Origin: Felis catus
Taxonomy: Eukaryota
Direction: 5' to 3'
Assembly: GCF_018350175.1 (NCBI RefSeq)
Contig: NC_058368.1
Coordinates: 192,326,001 to 192,390,000, forward strand
DNA: 64,000 nt
Shown here: one piece after another, positions 39,096 through 52,860 of the stretch
Position numbering within the stretch: the first letter of the stretch is position 1
Layout: every line of letters begins with the position of its first letter
Translations under genes and position numbers: made by a program
The notes under the pieces: generated by a model
Databases searched by the model: none
Seen by the model: only the letters and a program-made list of their open reading frames with translations
What the model was told of the DNA's origin: nothing

Positions 39096-39769
39096 CACTC
39101 TGGTGCCTTTTCTTATATCAGAGGCTGTCTCACTGACTGGGTATCCAATGTCCCAGTTTTTCTCCTCGACAGACCTTTCCTCTGAACTAACTGCATCCCT
39201 GCTGCATAACGTCATCTCCTGGAGATGGCAAGCGGCTTACATTTATTTCACCTCCTTCTGCTGTCCTAACTCCTTAACCCCCTAAAGGCACTTCATAGGT
39301 CACTGTTCTCTCTTCCCTTCTCCAGCCTAAGTAATCTATAAGAAGTGTGAGTCAAAGGGAAGCAGTATTTCCTAAGGACATAGCTGGTAAACGTGCATCC
39401 AGAATAATAAAACTGAGTACAATCAAACACAAAAGAATAAAATATCCTTAGAGATATTGGAAGCCGGGCTCTGATCCTGGCTGTGCCTTCTACAAACTCT
39501 GGGAAGTCACCTGGCCTCCTTTATCTAGGTTTCTTCACCCTTGTCACATGGCAGAACCAGATGATCTGTAATGCTCTTACTTATGTATGTATTACGTATG
39601 TATGTACGTATGCAGTAATCTCTACGCCCAACATGGGGCTCCAACTCACAGCCCTGAGATCAAGAGTTGCGAGCTCTACTGACTGAGCCAGCCAGGTGCC
39701 CTGTAACGCTCTTCAGCTAGAAATAGTGATGACAAATACAGTCATAGTTATGACACTATTTGGCAGGGA

Positions 39770-40450
39770 CCATAATCAGTGTTGGTGAGGACATAAACAA
39801 ATTAGAGCCCTCATACGTTGCTGTTGGAAATGTAAAGTGGTGTGACCACTTTATAGTCCCAAAAAGGTTAAATGTAGTCACCAGATGATCCAGCAATTCT
39901 TCCCCTAGGTACATATCTGGGAGAAATAAAAACATACATCCATGCAATAGCTTGTCCTTGAATGTTTATAGCAGCATTATTCGTAATAGCCACGAAGTGG
40001 CAACAGCCCAAATGTCCATCAACAGATGATTGGGTAAACAAAATACGATCTCTCCATGTAATAGAATGTTACTTGGCAATAAAAAAAAAAATGAAATACT
40101 GATACATGCTACCACCTGGATGGACCTTGAAAACATGCCAAGTAAAAGAAGTCGGTCACAAAGGACCACATAGTGTATGATTCCATTTATAGAAAAATGC
40201 CCAGAATAGGCAAATCCATAGAGACAGAAAGTGGATTAATGGTTGCCTAGGGCTGGGGTGGGGGTGGAAGGAGAGAGGGACTGGAGATTGATGACTGAAG
40301 GGTGCAGGGTTTTTCTGTGGGGTATGAAAATGTTCTAACATCAGTCCTGGTGGTGAATGCCCCACTCTGTGAATATATACTAAAAGCCACATGAATGTAC
40401 ACTTTCAATGGGTAAATTGTATGGTATGTGAATTACATATCAATAAAGAC
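39770..40450 (+). mobile_element. old L1 3' fragment
   Basis: gatccagcaattc; gaatgtttatagcagcattattcgtaatagcc; ends at caataaag. Confidence 0.85.
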
Positions 40451-41268
40451 ATTTTTTATTTTGAGTATAGTTGACACACAGAGAACAAATACAGTTTCAA
40501 AGTCCCCTCAGCCTCACTAGCAGCTCATGCAATCAAACTTTTGGATTGTTGCCCTGCTGATGGGTGAGAAATAATCTCTCGTAGTTTCAGTTCACACTTC
40601 TCTTATCATAGGGGAGGTTCAGCATCTGTTCAATTCAAAGTCCATTTATAATGACTTCTTTTTATCATCTACTAAATTCCCATATATATGTATATACACA
40701 TATATAGATTTAGTCTGTTTCTGGACTTTCTAACCTGTTATATATGTCTGCCTACTGATAGGCTAGCACCACATTTGTCATTATTAAAGCTTTACAATAA
40801 AACAGGTGGTGAGACACTCAACAAAGTCAAGCTGGCTGGCAACTCAGGGCAAGTGCAATCCCCAGCCACCCCCGACTGCCAAATCCAGTCACTGTCCAGG
40901 CTGCCACGTTCCCAGAGAAGTCATGGCATTGTTTCACATATGGAGGAACGCTTTAAGTTCATCACAAAAAAAAACTTCATCAGAATGCCAAGATAATACT
41001 GGAAAAGGCCAAGATTAGGAAATGCATTCAGAAGGGCGCACAGTAGTTGCAAGAACACATACCAAAGACGCAAGCCGTCAGGAAAACCAAGCAATTTCTT
41101 GAGAATAAAGGCTAACGTTGATGCTGTGGCTGCCTGAGACCAAACTGTAGTGACCATGAGCAAAGGCAAGTCTGTGGCAGGTGCAGTTGGATCACGGCTG
41201 CAATGCTGGGGAGTATGAACGTGGACAAAAGATTTCTGTCCGGAAGGATCTTAGATATTTTGAGAAAG

Positions 41269-41271
<3 letters not shown>

Positions 41272-41315
<44 letters not shown>
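41272..41315. repeat. (GA)n microsatellite
   Basis: read directly. Confidence 0.95.
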
Positions 41316-41317
<2 letters not shown>

Positions 41318-42739
41318 ACTCACATTCACATAACTTTTATTCCAGTATATTGTTATAACTTTTATCGTTGTTGATCTCTTCCTGTGCTGAACTTGTAAAT
41401 AAAGCTTTATCACATGTATGCATGTATAGGAAAAAACATAGTATATAAAGAGTTCAGTACCACCGCGGGGCCTTGCTCAGAGCAGGACCCAATGGATGGT
41501 GCTTACTTAGTTGATTAAACGTGAGTTGAATTTCATCATGTTGGTGATCTCTCCCCCAGTTGGTAGACTTAGGGAAGTACTGTCCTGCAGCAGTCAAAAC
41601 TTCCAGCTTCAGTTTTCTGCCAAGAAGAGGGAATGGGAGTAGGAGTGGGTGAGAAGATGTTTTCCGGGGCCAGCCTGTGACCCATACACCTCAGGTGATT
41701 GCTGCCAGTTTTTATCTCACTCTCCTACCATTATCCTGACCAACTCACAGCACATGGCATACCTAGCCAGGGCTGGCAGCAAAGTCCCTCAGAAGAATCA
41801 CCTCGGGAACAAGTCTAAAATGCAGGTGTCCAGGCTCCACACTAAGAGACCCTGCTTTAGAGTGTAGCCGGTAAATCTGGGTTTCAGCAAACCTCTGATG
41901 ACTCATAGGAGTTCCTGAGATACATCTAGGGAAACACTGGCCCAGTGAACCAGACCCTCTGCTCGATTCATCCACGCTACCTATGCTAAGCACCTACTCA
42001 GCAAAGGCCCATGGAAAGCTACACAGAGAGCCTGTTCTCATGGCGCGTACAGCTTCCCAGCAGAAATCACATGAGTGGGATACCCTGTTCTTATTCCCAT
42101 TTCACAGCTAAGGAAACTGAGGCCCAGAGAACACATCTTGACCACGATCATAAAACTAATAAGTGATAGACACATTTCTGACATGACCTTGAGGAAGGTA
42201 TCAGATTTCAAGACTGGCTGTCTTAACAATTCCTATAGATAAATACACAGTTGGTTTCTGGTCTGAATGCTCCTGGCAAACCTAGTGTCCTGGAGACGTT
42301 GAATCATTATTACAGTTTGCAAAATGCTTCAATTTTCATCGGCATTAAAACTGCAGCCCACGTGTGTGGTAACCTGACTTCCGGAGGTTGTGTAAGCTGT
42401 CCCAGCCAGCCAGGCAGAGTCCTGGCTTCAGTCCTGGCTCCTTGGGGCTGTGGGCCATTGGCAGTTAGGATACTGTGGAGATGTGGAGGAAAGATCTATT
42501 CTGAGTGAGACAGGGTTGTGCTGAGGCTGGGAGTGAAACTATTCAAAAGAAGGATTAGTCACAGCCCATCTCTTGGAAAGCTAGTTCCACGAAGATCGAG
42601 TCCCCCATTGCCTGCTCTCTGTGATTCATGTTACCTATGCCCACACCAACTCAGTCTCCAGAGGTGGAGCCCAGACAGAGGTTCTCTAACTCTCCAGGTG
42701 ACTTTTAATGAGTACCCAGCATTAAAAATCATGTCTGGT

Positions 42740-42864
42740 GGGCACCCGGGTGGCTCAGTCAGTTAAGCTTCCGACTCTTGATTTCGGCTCAGGCCACGAT
42801 CTCATGGTTTGTGGGAGGAAGCCCCATGTTGGGCTCTGCACTGACAGTGTGGGGCCTGCTTGGG

Positions 42865-42905
<41 letters not shown>

Positions 42906-42918
42906 ATAAATAAACTTA
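42740..42918 (+). mobile_element. Can-SINE ~110 nt upstream of the FAXDC2 start exon
   Basis: head, long (CT)n, tail. Confidence 0.88.
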
Positions 42919-43031
42919 ATTTTCTTTTTTTAAATCAGGGCTAGCCATTCACCTTGACTTTCTTCATTCTCTACTTGCTTGGTTGCACGTGAACATGACA
43001 TCATGACTCACGGGGTGCTTTCTTATTCCAG

Positions 43032-43076
43032 ATGAAGGGAGAAGCCGGAAGTATGCGACAGGAGAAGCCCAAACAG
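43032..43076 (+). CDS. FAXDC2: FAXDC2 first coding exon
   Basis: ttccag|ATG; MKGEAGSMRQEKPKQ; CAG|gtaaat donor; resembles recalled human N-terminus MKGEAG. Confidence 0.88.
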
Positions 43077-43589
43077 GTAAATGCCAGCACCACCCCCGCT
43101 TCCCCAAGCTGGGGAGAACGCAGCCCGTGACTCTTTCCATATCTGCAGGTGCTGCGTATCTGAGGTCTCCCCCAAGGTTTAGGGGTCGCTGACACATTGG
43201 TGGTGGTGGTGCTCATTTCAGTAGCTGAGCAGAAACCCTTGGACTTCAGGCTGCCATGTAACCATAGCCCCTTTGCCTGTGAGAGGGAGCAGGACCGCAT
43301 GAGAGTGGCCCAAAAGCCCGCTAACTGTGCTCCCATTCCCTCGGCCCCTAAGAATGTCCCGTGCCTCAGGCCTTTGAAACCACCCTTTCTGTAACTGCTC
43401 CAGAGACAGGAGAGGCCCACTGGGGGCTAGAAAGTAGGACTGGGAAGCGGCTCTCGACCCCAGCTAACTTCTGCACTTTACAGAGCCCTTTGGGCTGTTT
43501 CTATTCTGTTCCCTTGGGCTGCCAGAGAGAGAGAAAACACCACAACTACTGAAAAAAAAAAATGGCTAAGCCTATCATGAAGTTAAGGT

Positions 43590-44410
43590 TTTATTTTTTT
43601 AATATGAAATTTATTGGCAAATTGGTTTCCATACAACACCCAGTGCTCATCCTAACAGGTGCCCTCCTTAATGCCCATCACCCACCCGCCCATCAACACT
43701 CAGTTTATTCTCAGTTTTTAAGAGTCTCTTATGGTTTGGCTCCCTCCCTCTCTAACTTTTTTTTCCCTTCCCCTCCCCCATGGTCTTCTGTTAAGTTTCT
43801 CAGGATCCACATAAGAGTGAAAACATATGGTATCTGTTTTTCTCCGACTGACTTATTTCATTTAGCATAATACCCTCCAGTTCCATCCATGTTGTTGCAA
43901 ATGGCAGAATTTCATTCTTTCTCGTTGCCAAGTAGTATTCCATTGTGTATATAAACCACAATTTCTTTGTCCATTCGTCAGTTGATGGATATTTAGGCTC
44001 TTTCCATAATTTGGCTATTGTTGAAAGTGCTGCTGTAAACATTGGGGTATAAGTGCCCCTATGCATCAGCATTCCTGTATCCCTTAGTAAATTCCTAGCA
44101 ATGCTGTTGCTGGGTCATAGGGTAGATCTATTTTTAATTTTTTGAGGAACCTCCACACTGTTTTCCAGAGCGACTGCACCAGTTTGCATTCCCACCCAAA
44201 ATTTTTTTAATGTTTATTTATCTTTTGAAAGAGACAGGGACAGAGTGGGAGTGGGGAAGGGACAGAGAGAGAAGGAGACACAGAATCTGAAGCAGGCTCC
44301 AGGCTCTGAGCTGTCAGTGCAGAGCCTGACGCGGGGCTCGAACCCACGAACTGTGAGATCATGACCTGAGCCAGTCGGATGCTAAATTGACTGAGCCACC
44401 CAGGTGACCC
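43590..44410 (-). mobile_element. felid-type L1 3' end (~43590-44197) abutting a Can-SINE (~44202-44410)
   Basis: [43 protein letters not shown] motifs. Confidence 0.9.
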
Positions 44411-45939
44411 TAAAATTGAGGTTTTTAATTTCATTTAACTTGATCTGATTACACTGAAATGAAAGATTCCTAGTGAATCTGGAAAAGTTCATGAAAAGGA
44501 TCCTCTGAATACTAAAAAAGGAATAAAGGCAAAGTCCAAGTTAAATGTCTGGCAAGCTTGAGAGCGACCTTTCAGTGGCCTATTTAAAAGAACAAGCTCC
44601 TCTGATTGGTCCTGCCCATCAAGCCCTCCAGGAGAGAGGGAAAAGTTCACTTCCAGAGTTCAAGACCCTGAGGAGCACCAGCACTTCAAAAACTTTTCAC
44701 CAGCCGTGGAAAATGATTTACTTCTTCTTGGTCTTCCGATCGGAAGTGGGATGGGGTACGCTGAGAATAAATAATCCAGTGCAGGTTCAGATTGCTGTGA
44801 ATGGGTCAGTCAAAACAAGCTGCTCCTTCAGATCTCCAAAGTCTGGATTAAAACGTAGTGTCCCTATGGGATCGGCTTCCCCCAACAGCACCCCCCTGAC
44901 CCTGTGTACGTGGTACAAGTCACAAACTGCAGATAAGCTTCAGGCACATACCTGTAGGCCACCATCCAGTTCTGTCCCATGAAATATAACCAGACTCCAT
45001 CTGGGCTTAGATCTAGAATAGAACATGTAAAGGACGTTTGTAATTTCTGTCCATGGTACAATGGAAATTGGTGACACACCTGACAGCCAGTATTTTTCCC
45101 TCTCCAAATCTGGCACCTTGTTTGGCCATCGAGCTTGCAATGATCTGTCTCTGCTTTAGACTTTTGGAGGAGCATAGGTAAGGGACCAGGGATTGCCAAG
45201 GGTCTGTTCTTTGCCCCTAGAACTTCTCATTATCCTGTCCCACTGGCATCCCAGGCTAATCTCACCAGAAACAGAGGCCTTATTAAAAGTCAAAACATGT
45301 GTTCGTTCTTTCCTTCACAAGCAAGAGGGTGATGGGGATGGGGAAAGAGGCCTGGCCCATGAACACAGTGAAGTCCCTATGCCCTCATCACAGACTGCAG
45401 ATCTTTCTGTGATGGCTGACTCAGCCTTGCCTGCCTACTGGAATTAGTTAGGGAGCTTTCAGAAACATAGAAGCCCAGGTCTCACCCTGGAGACTCCTAG
45501 GAAATCAGCTTGCAGAGGAACCCGGTCATCGGGATTTTTTAAAAGCTCCCGGGTGATTCCACCGGATAAGTGATGGGCATTTCTGTTCCACAGAAGGACT
45601 GGTTATGAAAGCCTACCACTGCGGGAGGCTCACCTGACCCTCTCGGGGTGACAAAACCGTTCGCTAGTTTCTCTGGGGTCAGGTTTGTTCTCTTCCCTCC
45701 CCCAACCTTGAGTTATTTTTATAAACACACCCAAATACAGCTTGAGAGCTCTTGCTCAGGAAGAACTTCCCGTAGAGGCTGGGAAAAAGTCAACCAATGC
45801 ACCACGCTGACGTGGTGGAGATCCTGATCCCACATCATTCCTGCCAGGACTGGGTAGCAGCTCACTACTGTGGGCTGTGACTTCTGCCGTGACGGTAGGA
45901 GGCTTGCTGGGGCCTCACACTTTTCTTGTCCTCCTCTAG

Positions 45940-46031
45940 GAGGAACGCATCTGGGGCTCCATGAAGAAGGCGGCTTTCATCCTGGGCTCTGGCCTTCTCT
46001 TGCTTGTGGCCTTCTCGAACTCAGTCTCAGG
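45940..46031 (+). CDS. FAXDC2: FAXDC2 coding exon 2
   Basis: EERIWGSMKKAAFILGSGLLLLVAFSNSVS(G); tctag acceptor, gtaagt donor. Confidence 0.93.
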
Positions 46032-46146
46032 GTAAGTCTACACAACCAGCTTTAATTCTGGAGCTGGGGGCAGGGTGCTGCTGGTCTGGAGGCAGAGCAT
46101 GGGGTAAGGAGCTTCACCCAGAAACCTGAATGATTTTTCTCCCAAG

Positions 46147-46250
46147 GCAACTTCAGAGATTTTGGGATGCTTCTGGCTGTTTTCAGCAAGCCCAATGGGA
46201 GAGGCTCCTGTCTACATTCGAAGGGAAGGAGTGGATCCTCTACATTATAG
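46147..46250 (+). CDS. FAXDC2: FAXDC2 coding exon 3
   Basis: QLQRFWDASGCFQQAQWERLLSTFEGKEWILYII; follows a 115-nt intron; gtgagg donor. Confidence 0.94.
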
Positions 46251-49102
46251 GTGAGGTTCCCAGACCACCAGTGCTTAGGGCTTGGGTACATGATTATAGC
46301 TTAATTCTTTTTCTGTTGTTTTCTTCTCTATTTTGAGATTTCTCAGCTCTTTGTTCCAAGGAATGAAGACTTACAATTTAAGACAGTGTTAATCCCAAAG
46401 AGTGCTAAATTTGTGGGCAATCTGTAATGGATGCCTAAGGACATCTAAGAAAAGAACTTGAGATCTCCCCCTCCCAAAATAGAAAAATAAAAAAAGAAGT
46501 GATTTGTGTAAAACTGAATGCATGTTTAGAGTAATAATCCTGCTTCTGGATGTCAGGTCCACAGCACAGAGAGCTGCTCTATATCCTGTGAGACTATGTC
46601 CTTGTATCTAGTGAAATCTAGCTCTCGGGGCTTGACAGCATGTGGTCACTTAATCAATATTTACCGGCAGTGTGAATGGCGGTCAACAAGCCAAAGAAAA
46701 GGTATCATTTCAACATAGGTATTTATAACAGCATTGTCTGCAATAGTGAATGTCCTCAATGACGCATTCATTCACTCAAATAATATTTATTACTGTTAGT
46801 CTGTGCCAAACTTATATATATGGAGGACATAGAGGTATTTAAGATGAAATGTTTCCCTCATTTCAAAAGCTATGTCATAGTCCAGAAGGGGAGATTTAAA
46901 AAAGTGCCAGTTGTCACAAAGCAAAAGTACAAATAAAACGTCCCTGACAATTTTTTTCCAGCTGGAAGGAGAACTCTGAGAACAGGCTAAACATTAACTA
47001 TGACAGGTTCAAGGCAATCTTATGCAGTCATTGAAAAGAACAATGCAGATTGCAAACGTATATGGGGAAAGTGGTGGTGAAACATTTGATATATTTCTGT
47101 TGCAGTGATAGGAAAACTACCTTTCACCCCAATGATACGCAAATACCAGGGAGGTTAAGTATTTGCAATTTTAAGTGTTACAACTGGAAGAAAGTGCAAG
47201 ATCTTCTCTTGTTGGGGCTTTTATTCCATATCCCTCAAGGAGCTTTTGGATTCGCAAGCAGGCAGCCACCCTGATGGATGGCCCACCAGGCAACTACCGA
47301 CCTAACATTTTTTTTCCAAAATAAGAAAGCTTGTTATTTCTGAGAATAAAAGTAAATACATGTTCAGTGTTAAAAATAAAAATCAGACAATTCAAATAAG
47401 CATGAAGAAAATGAAACTCACCCAATCCCATACCCAAGAAATAACCACAGTTAATATATAAGTATAAATGTCTTACATATTGGATATATGGTTGAACTTT
47501 TAAGACACCATTTTTTTTTTCATTGAATAGATTGTGGACATCTTTCCATGTCAGTTAGTATAGACCGACTTATTATCTTTAGCTGCCTCATCTAATCCAT
47601 CGTATAGAGATACTCTTCTATTTAGTCCATTCCCTATAAATGGACATTCAGGCTCCTTAAGTGTTCTACTACGATTTTTTTTTTTTTTAATGCAGTAAAG
47701 GATGTGTGTATGGATATATGTGTGTCCTTTTTTCTTTTTTCCTGTCTCTGTTACACTCGCTTTTTTTTTTTTTTAATACCTTCTGATACTGTCAAACTGC
47801 TCTCCAGGACATTGTGTTAATCATATTTCCCCACAGTGCTGGCCAAATATTTCTCAGATCCCACCTGCCACAGGCACTGGGTTTCTGGTGGCAGCAAGAA
47901 GGGTACTGGAGGAGCGGTACAGAGGCATAGAGTTAAGTAAAATGTCCTTGCCCCTTGGGATATTTAGAAGGAAGAGGCAAACCATGGGCAGCATTAACAG
48001 CACAAGAGTTAGGTAACATTGTACTGTCACTCCAATAACTGCCAACAGGGGGGACAAAGTGTTTGTTCACAGTTGGATATCAGAGATACTTGGAATGACT
48101 TTGCCAGGAAAGTGGGATGTGGATCCAAAAAAAAACCCGTATCTAAATTTTAAATCTTGATCAGCATTTTTGAAAGTATCCTGTAGAACATCAGTGCTGT
48201 GGGATGTGAATAGGTGGGGTGGCCATACAATTTATCATCCAAATAGGGACATCTGTGAGAGTAAATGAGGCACTGTTAACAATTATGCTAGACTGCTAGA
48301 TGTAAACTGAAACTATCCTGGGCAGACAGGGATGCATGGCCACCCTATTCTTAGTGGCCTGAGAAAACAAAAGTTCTAGGGTAAAAAAAAGACTGGGAAA
48401 GGCTGAGTTTAACAAAGTCAAATAGGTTTCTCCACTGCAGGGATTTTTAGAGCCGTTGGCACGTTAGTCTGGACCATGGCTCTCCAAGAGACTTAGGTAT
48501 GAACGCTGTTTAATCAAGGAGGGCCTTGAGAGATGAGTTTTCCACTTTGGGAAATGCAGACTGGATTCCTGAAGTCCCACTGCTCGGTTAATAGGGATTA
48601 GGTTCCCAACTGACTCCTAGTCCAGTGGCTCATTTGGGAACTGAATCATAGCAGGAGCTCCCTCTGTTTCTACCTTCCTTCGAATTCATAAAGGGTTCAG
48701 TGGGCACAGACTCCCAGATGTCAACCTAAATTTATTTGTAGTTTATTTATTTATTATTGTATTATATAGGTTATACATGTATTATAAATTTTATTTATAT
48801 TTAACAAATTTTTGTTGTTTTTTTTTTTTTTTTTTTTTTGTCTTCAACTACCTAGAAGGTTGTTGTCCCCATTTTACAACTAAGACAATAGAGACACTCC
48901 TTAAGTGACCTGGCTGAGTTCCCCCAGCTAGTTGGTCACCCCAGGACTAAAGGTAGGCCCTATGGCCCGGAGCTCCAAGACCTCCCTGGTAAGGGACTGT
49001 CTACAATGCAGCCTTCGTCACCATCAAGCTCGTGTTCGGTTAATACATGTGCTGTGAGAACCTTAATTGTTCTGATTGTTGCCTTCTACTTCCCAACCTT
49101 AG

Positions 49103-49224
49103 CTACCATCCTAGTACCTGCTCTGGTTTTCTGGAGCTTCAATGGGCTTCTGCTGGTGGCTGACACAGCCAGAAAACCGAACTTCATCTCCCGCTACCGA
49201 ATTCAAGTTGGCCAGAATGAACCA
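49103..49224 (+). CDS. FAXDC2: FAXDC2 coding exon 4
   Basis: (A)TILVPALVFWSFNGLLLVADTARKPNFISRYRIQVGQNEP; gtgagt donor. Confidence 0.95.
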
Positions 49225-49300
49225 GTGAGTGTTGCTGTGGCTTCTCTTGGTCAAAGCACAGAAAGCAAGAGCTGAAGCCACACTGAAAATTCTCACTGCA

Positions 49301-49505
49301 GGGATGCTTGGGTGGCTCAGTCGGTTAAGGGTCTGACTCTTGGTTTCGGCTCAGGTCATGATCTCGCGGTTCATGGGTTCGAACCCCACGTCGGGCTCTG
49401 TGCTGACTGTGTGTGGCGCCTGCTCGGGGTTCTCTCTGTCCTTCTCTCTCTGCCCTTCCCACTTCTCTTTCTCTCTCAAAATAAATAAACAAACTTAAAA
49501 AAAAA
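49301..49505 (+). mobile_element. Can-SINE with TSD aaaattctca(c/t)tgcag
   Basis: head, tail and flanking direct repeats. Confidence 0.9.
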
Positions 49506-50800
49506 TTCTCATTGCAGGCCCAGGAGAGAGCATGGCCACTGTGAGCCAAGTTATTGTGCACAAGGCTTCCCCAGCTGAGAAGCTTAGAGAGAGGAAGTAA
49601 TCTGCCCCACTTCTCAGAGCCAGCCAGGCAGGACGAATGTTCCAGTCTCCTGATTCCCAGCCCCAGCTCTGTGCCTGCCTGCACTGCCCCCACAGCACTG
49701 CCATCAGCATTTTGGGAACCAAAATGATGGGGTCAGCTTGGCACTGGGCTGAGTGCAGAGGTGTTAGACAGCCCCCCACCTCGGCCACCCGAAGCAGGGA
49801 TGGCGGTGGCTGGAGGCTGAAAGCGCGGATGACAGCTGTCATGAGTGAGGGACACAGCTGCTGAGACAGTGGCTAGCCCACTGTGAATAGAGGGTTCTGA
49901 ATGTGTGGGCAGTGGCTGGATTTTAAGCAGGTCCTTCTCCCCAGTCATTTAACTGCTGGTGCGTAGCAGATCCAGAGTGAACAAGGCCTGGACTCTGCTT
50001 ATGAGGAATCCCTGGCCCGGGAAGGGAGAGAAGGCCAGTACATACATCTTTGACTTACACACCACGGGAAATGAGCCCCACTGTGCCTGGAGCCCAGTCA
50101 CCCCCTTGGTGCTTTGACAACCTCCAAGAGCCTTTTCTTGTGCAGTGGGGAGCTGATTCTTAAACCCTGGGTTCTTTGTCCAGTTTCCACCCAAAACACA
50201 TTCTGGCTCCTTTCCCAGAGAAGACAATTATCTTTTAATTAGCTGTCCAGGTGCCTGGGTGGCTCATCTCAGCATTCAGGGCATCCTGCCCCAGCCCAGC
50301 ACTCCAGAAAGCAGAAAAATAGTGCCCCGGACCCAGGCTTTCGGAATAGCCCCTTCCTGAACCAGGGCTGCTGGCCGGGCTTACAACCCCCCTCACTGGA
50401 CACAATAGCTGCCAGCCAGCCGGGGGCCTCCCCCGGATCCAGCGTGGCAGGCATGGACCGGAGCCTATCAAAGCCAGTGCTTGGCTGTCGAGAGCCCTTC
50501 ATCTGTCAGACCATGGCGGTCTCTTTGCCAGGCACCATTGGCTACAGGCTTAGGTCTTCAAGGCCAAGTACTGTAATAGCCTTCAGGGGTCAGATGATCA
50601 AACAGGCTCTGAGGTGGGACATGGGTAGACGATTCACGCTCAAGCTCTCTGACCCAACTCGTACTCTTAACCACCAGGCCACATCAGCTGTCAAGAGTAT
50701 TACCTACCATGACGACATTCATTGTGACCGTCTACAGTGATCGGAGAGGCACACAGGGAAGGGCAGGTTGCATTTTGCAGAAGCCGAGGCGCAGAAAGGT

Positions 50801-50889
50801 GCAGTGATTAGCTCGAGGGCAGAGCATCCCTAGGAAGCAGAGCCGGGGCGGGGCGTCGTCTCACCGGACTCTAGGTCCAGTGCTCCCAC
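50801..50889 (-). other. MIR-derived segment resembling the human MIR378H locus (expression unknown)
   Basis: minus strand GGAGCACTGGACCTAGAGTCCGGTGAGACGA...GCCCCGGCTCTGCTTCCTAG...TCGAGCTAATCACTGC; intronic and antisense to FAXDC2; human comparison from memory. Confidence 0.55.
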
Positions 50890-51829
50890 CTCAGGCGCAC
50901 AGCTCCCCGCCCCTGCTTGCTCTCTACTCTCCTGGATAGCCAGTTCGAAGCTCCTCCTCCCTCCTCACATCCCCGACTTCCTACTTCGCTAAGTAAACAG
51001 GGGCAAGCTGAAGAGAGATCCCACAGACTTCCCCACTCCAGCTCCGCCTTCCACCTGATACAACAGGTGCACTCTATTTGCTTCCGTTGCTAACCTCTTC
51101 CTCCCCTCTCCAAGTGCTATGCCCTATTACCTCTTGTTTACCTCAGGAAATTTCTCCTTTCTCTTCCCTTTCCCCCTCCCTCTCCTAGGCTCTTTCCCTC
51201 TGGATTATTAAACATGCTGTAATTTTTCCCATCTTAAGATCCAACCAAAGCAAACCCCCTTGCCCCCATCCTCCAGACTCAATACCACTCCTATTTCTGC
51301 TCTCCTTGGCAACCGGGCTCTTTGAAAGAGTTGTCTGTATAGTTTCCAGTTCCTCTCCATCCGCTTTCCTCCTCCCCCCGCCCCGACATTTTGTAATCAT
51401 GAAAAACTGGAAGCATAGACACAGAAGTTGAAAAAGCAGTACAATGATCACTCATTTACACACCTCCTAGCTCCACCAATTCTAAATATTTTACAGGATT
51501 TGCTTTATCTCTATGTAAAAATATATAGCTATGTATGCATCTATACTTTTTAGCTTAACCATCTGAAAGTAAGTTCTAGACGTTACAAAACTTCACCCTA
51601 AATCCTTCAGCCTGTATCTCCTAAATAGCCACAAACCTTTATCATCTCGCATCTTCTTTGAACCTCCTCTGGTGGGGCCTTTCCCACCACGGCACTGTTT
51701 CGCCTAAATAGCTCTCAGCAGGTGGGCTTATCTCATCAGAACTAGTGGGCCTGTTATATCCTTATTATATCTTCTCATACCTGGCTTTTCCAGCCCTTCT
51801 GGTTCCTCTTCCCCCCCGCCCCTCCCCAC

Positions 51830-52860
51830 CCCAGCCTCCTACTGCTGAGTGTCCCAGGGCTTGGGCCTTGCTCCCTGTCTCTGTCTTCATACCCTCACTT
51901 ATCTGTTCCAGTGTCATGACTTTAAATACAATCTATATGCCGACAGCTCACACATTTCTGTCTCTAGCCCGGAACTCTCTTCTGAATTCCAGGCTCAAGT
52001 TGCCAAATGCCTCTTTGACATCTCTACGTGGATGTCTAACGGACATCTCTAGTCCAACATGTCCCTAAGCGAATTTCTGATCGATCCCTCAAAGACTGCT
52101 ACCCACATCCTCCCCAGTCTGAGTTCATGGCAATGCCTCAATTTCTAGTTGGTCCTCAACTACTTTCTCTCCCTCATACTCCACATCCGATCTGTCAGGA
52201 ACCGTGTTGGCTCTATTTCCAAAATAGTTCCAGAATCCAACCACTTCTCACTACCTCCACTGCCACCACCCTGGTCTGAGCCATCACTGTCTTCTGTCAA
52301 TATTACCGCAACTGTCATTGGTCTCCCTGTGTCTATTCTTGCTCCTTTACAGTCTGTTCCCAATACAGCAGCCAGAGGATTCCTGTTAAGAGCTTGTCAC
52401 TTGTCTTCTCACAGTGACCGCCCCCCCTTCCCCATTTCCCTTGGAGTAAAAATCAAAGTTTCCCAATGACCTACAAGACCCTATATGCTCTGGCTCCTCC
52501 CCACCATTTTGGCCTCACCTCCTACTTCTCCCCATCTCACTCGCTCGCTCCTCTGCAGTCAAGTATACCTGCAATGTCCCTGACAGCCTTTTCACCAGCT
52601 GTTCCCTTGGCCTGAAGACTCTCTTCCCCAGGTATCTGTTTCCCTCACCTTCCTCATCTCTTTGTTCAAACCTCACCATCTCCACAACGCTTACCCTGAC
52701 CATTCTATTTAAAATTACTGGTGCCAGGAATATAAACTCAATGAAGAAAGCAATCTTTGTTTTGACTATTGCTTCCTTCCCAGCACATGGGACACTGCCT
52801 GCGACATAGAGGGTGCTCAGAAGTATCGGTCAAATAAATGAAGGAGTAAACAGATGTGAC
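51830..52860. mobile_element. L2 LINE relic
   Basis: gacatctctacgtggatgtctaac; ccagaatccaaccacttctca; cagcagccagagg; ends near aataaatgaa. Confidence 0.8.
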
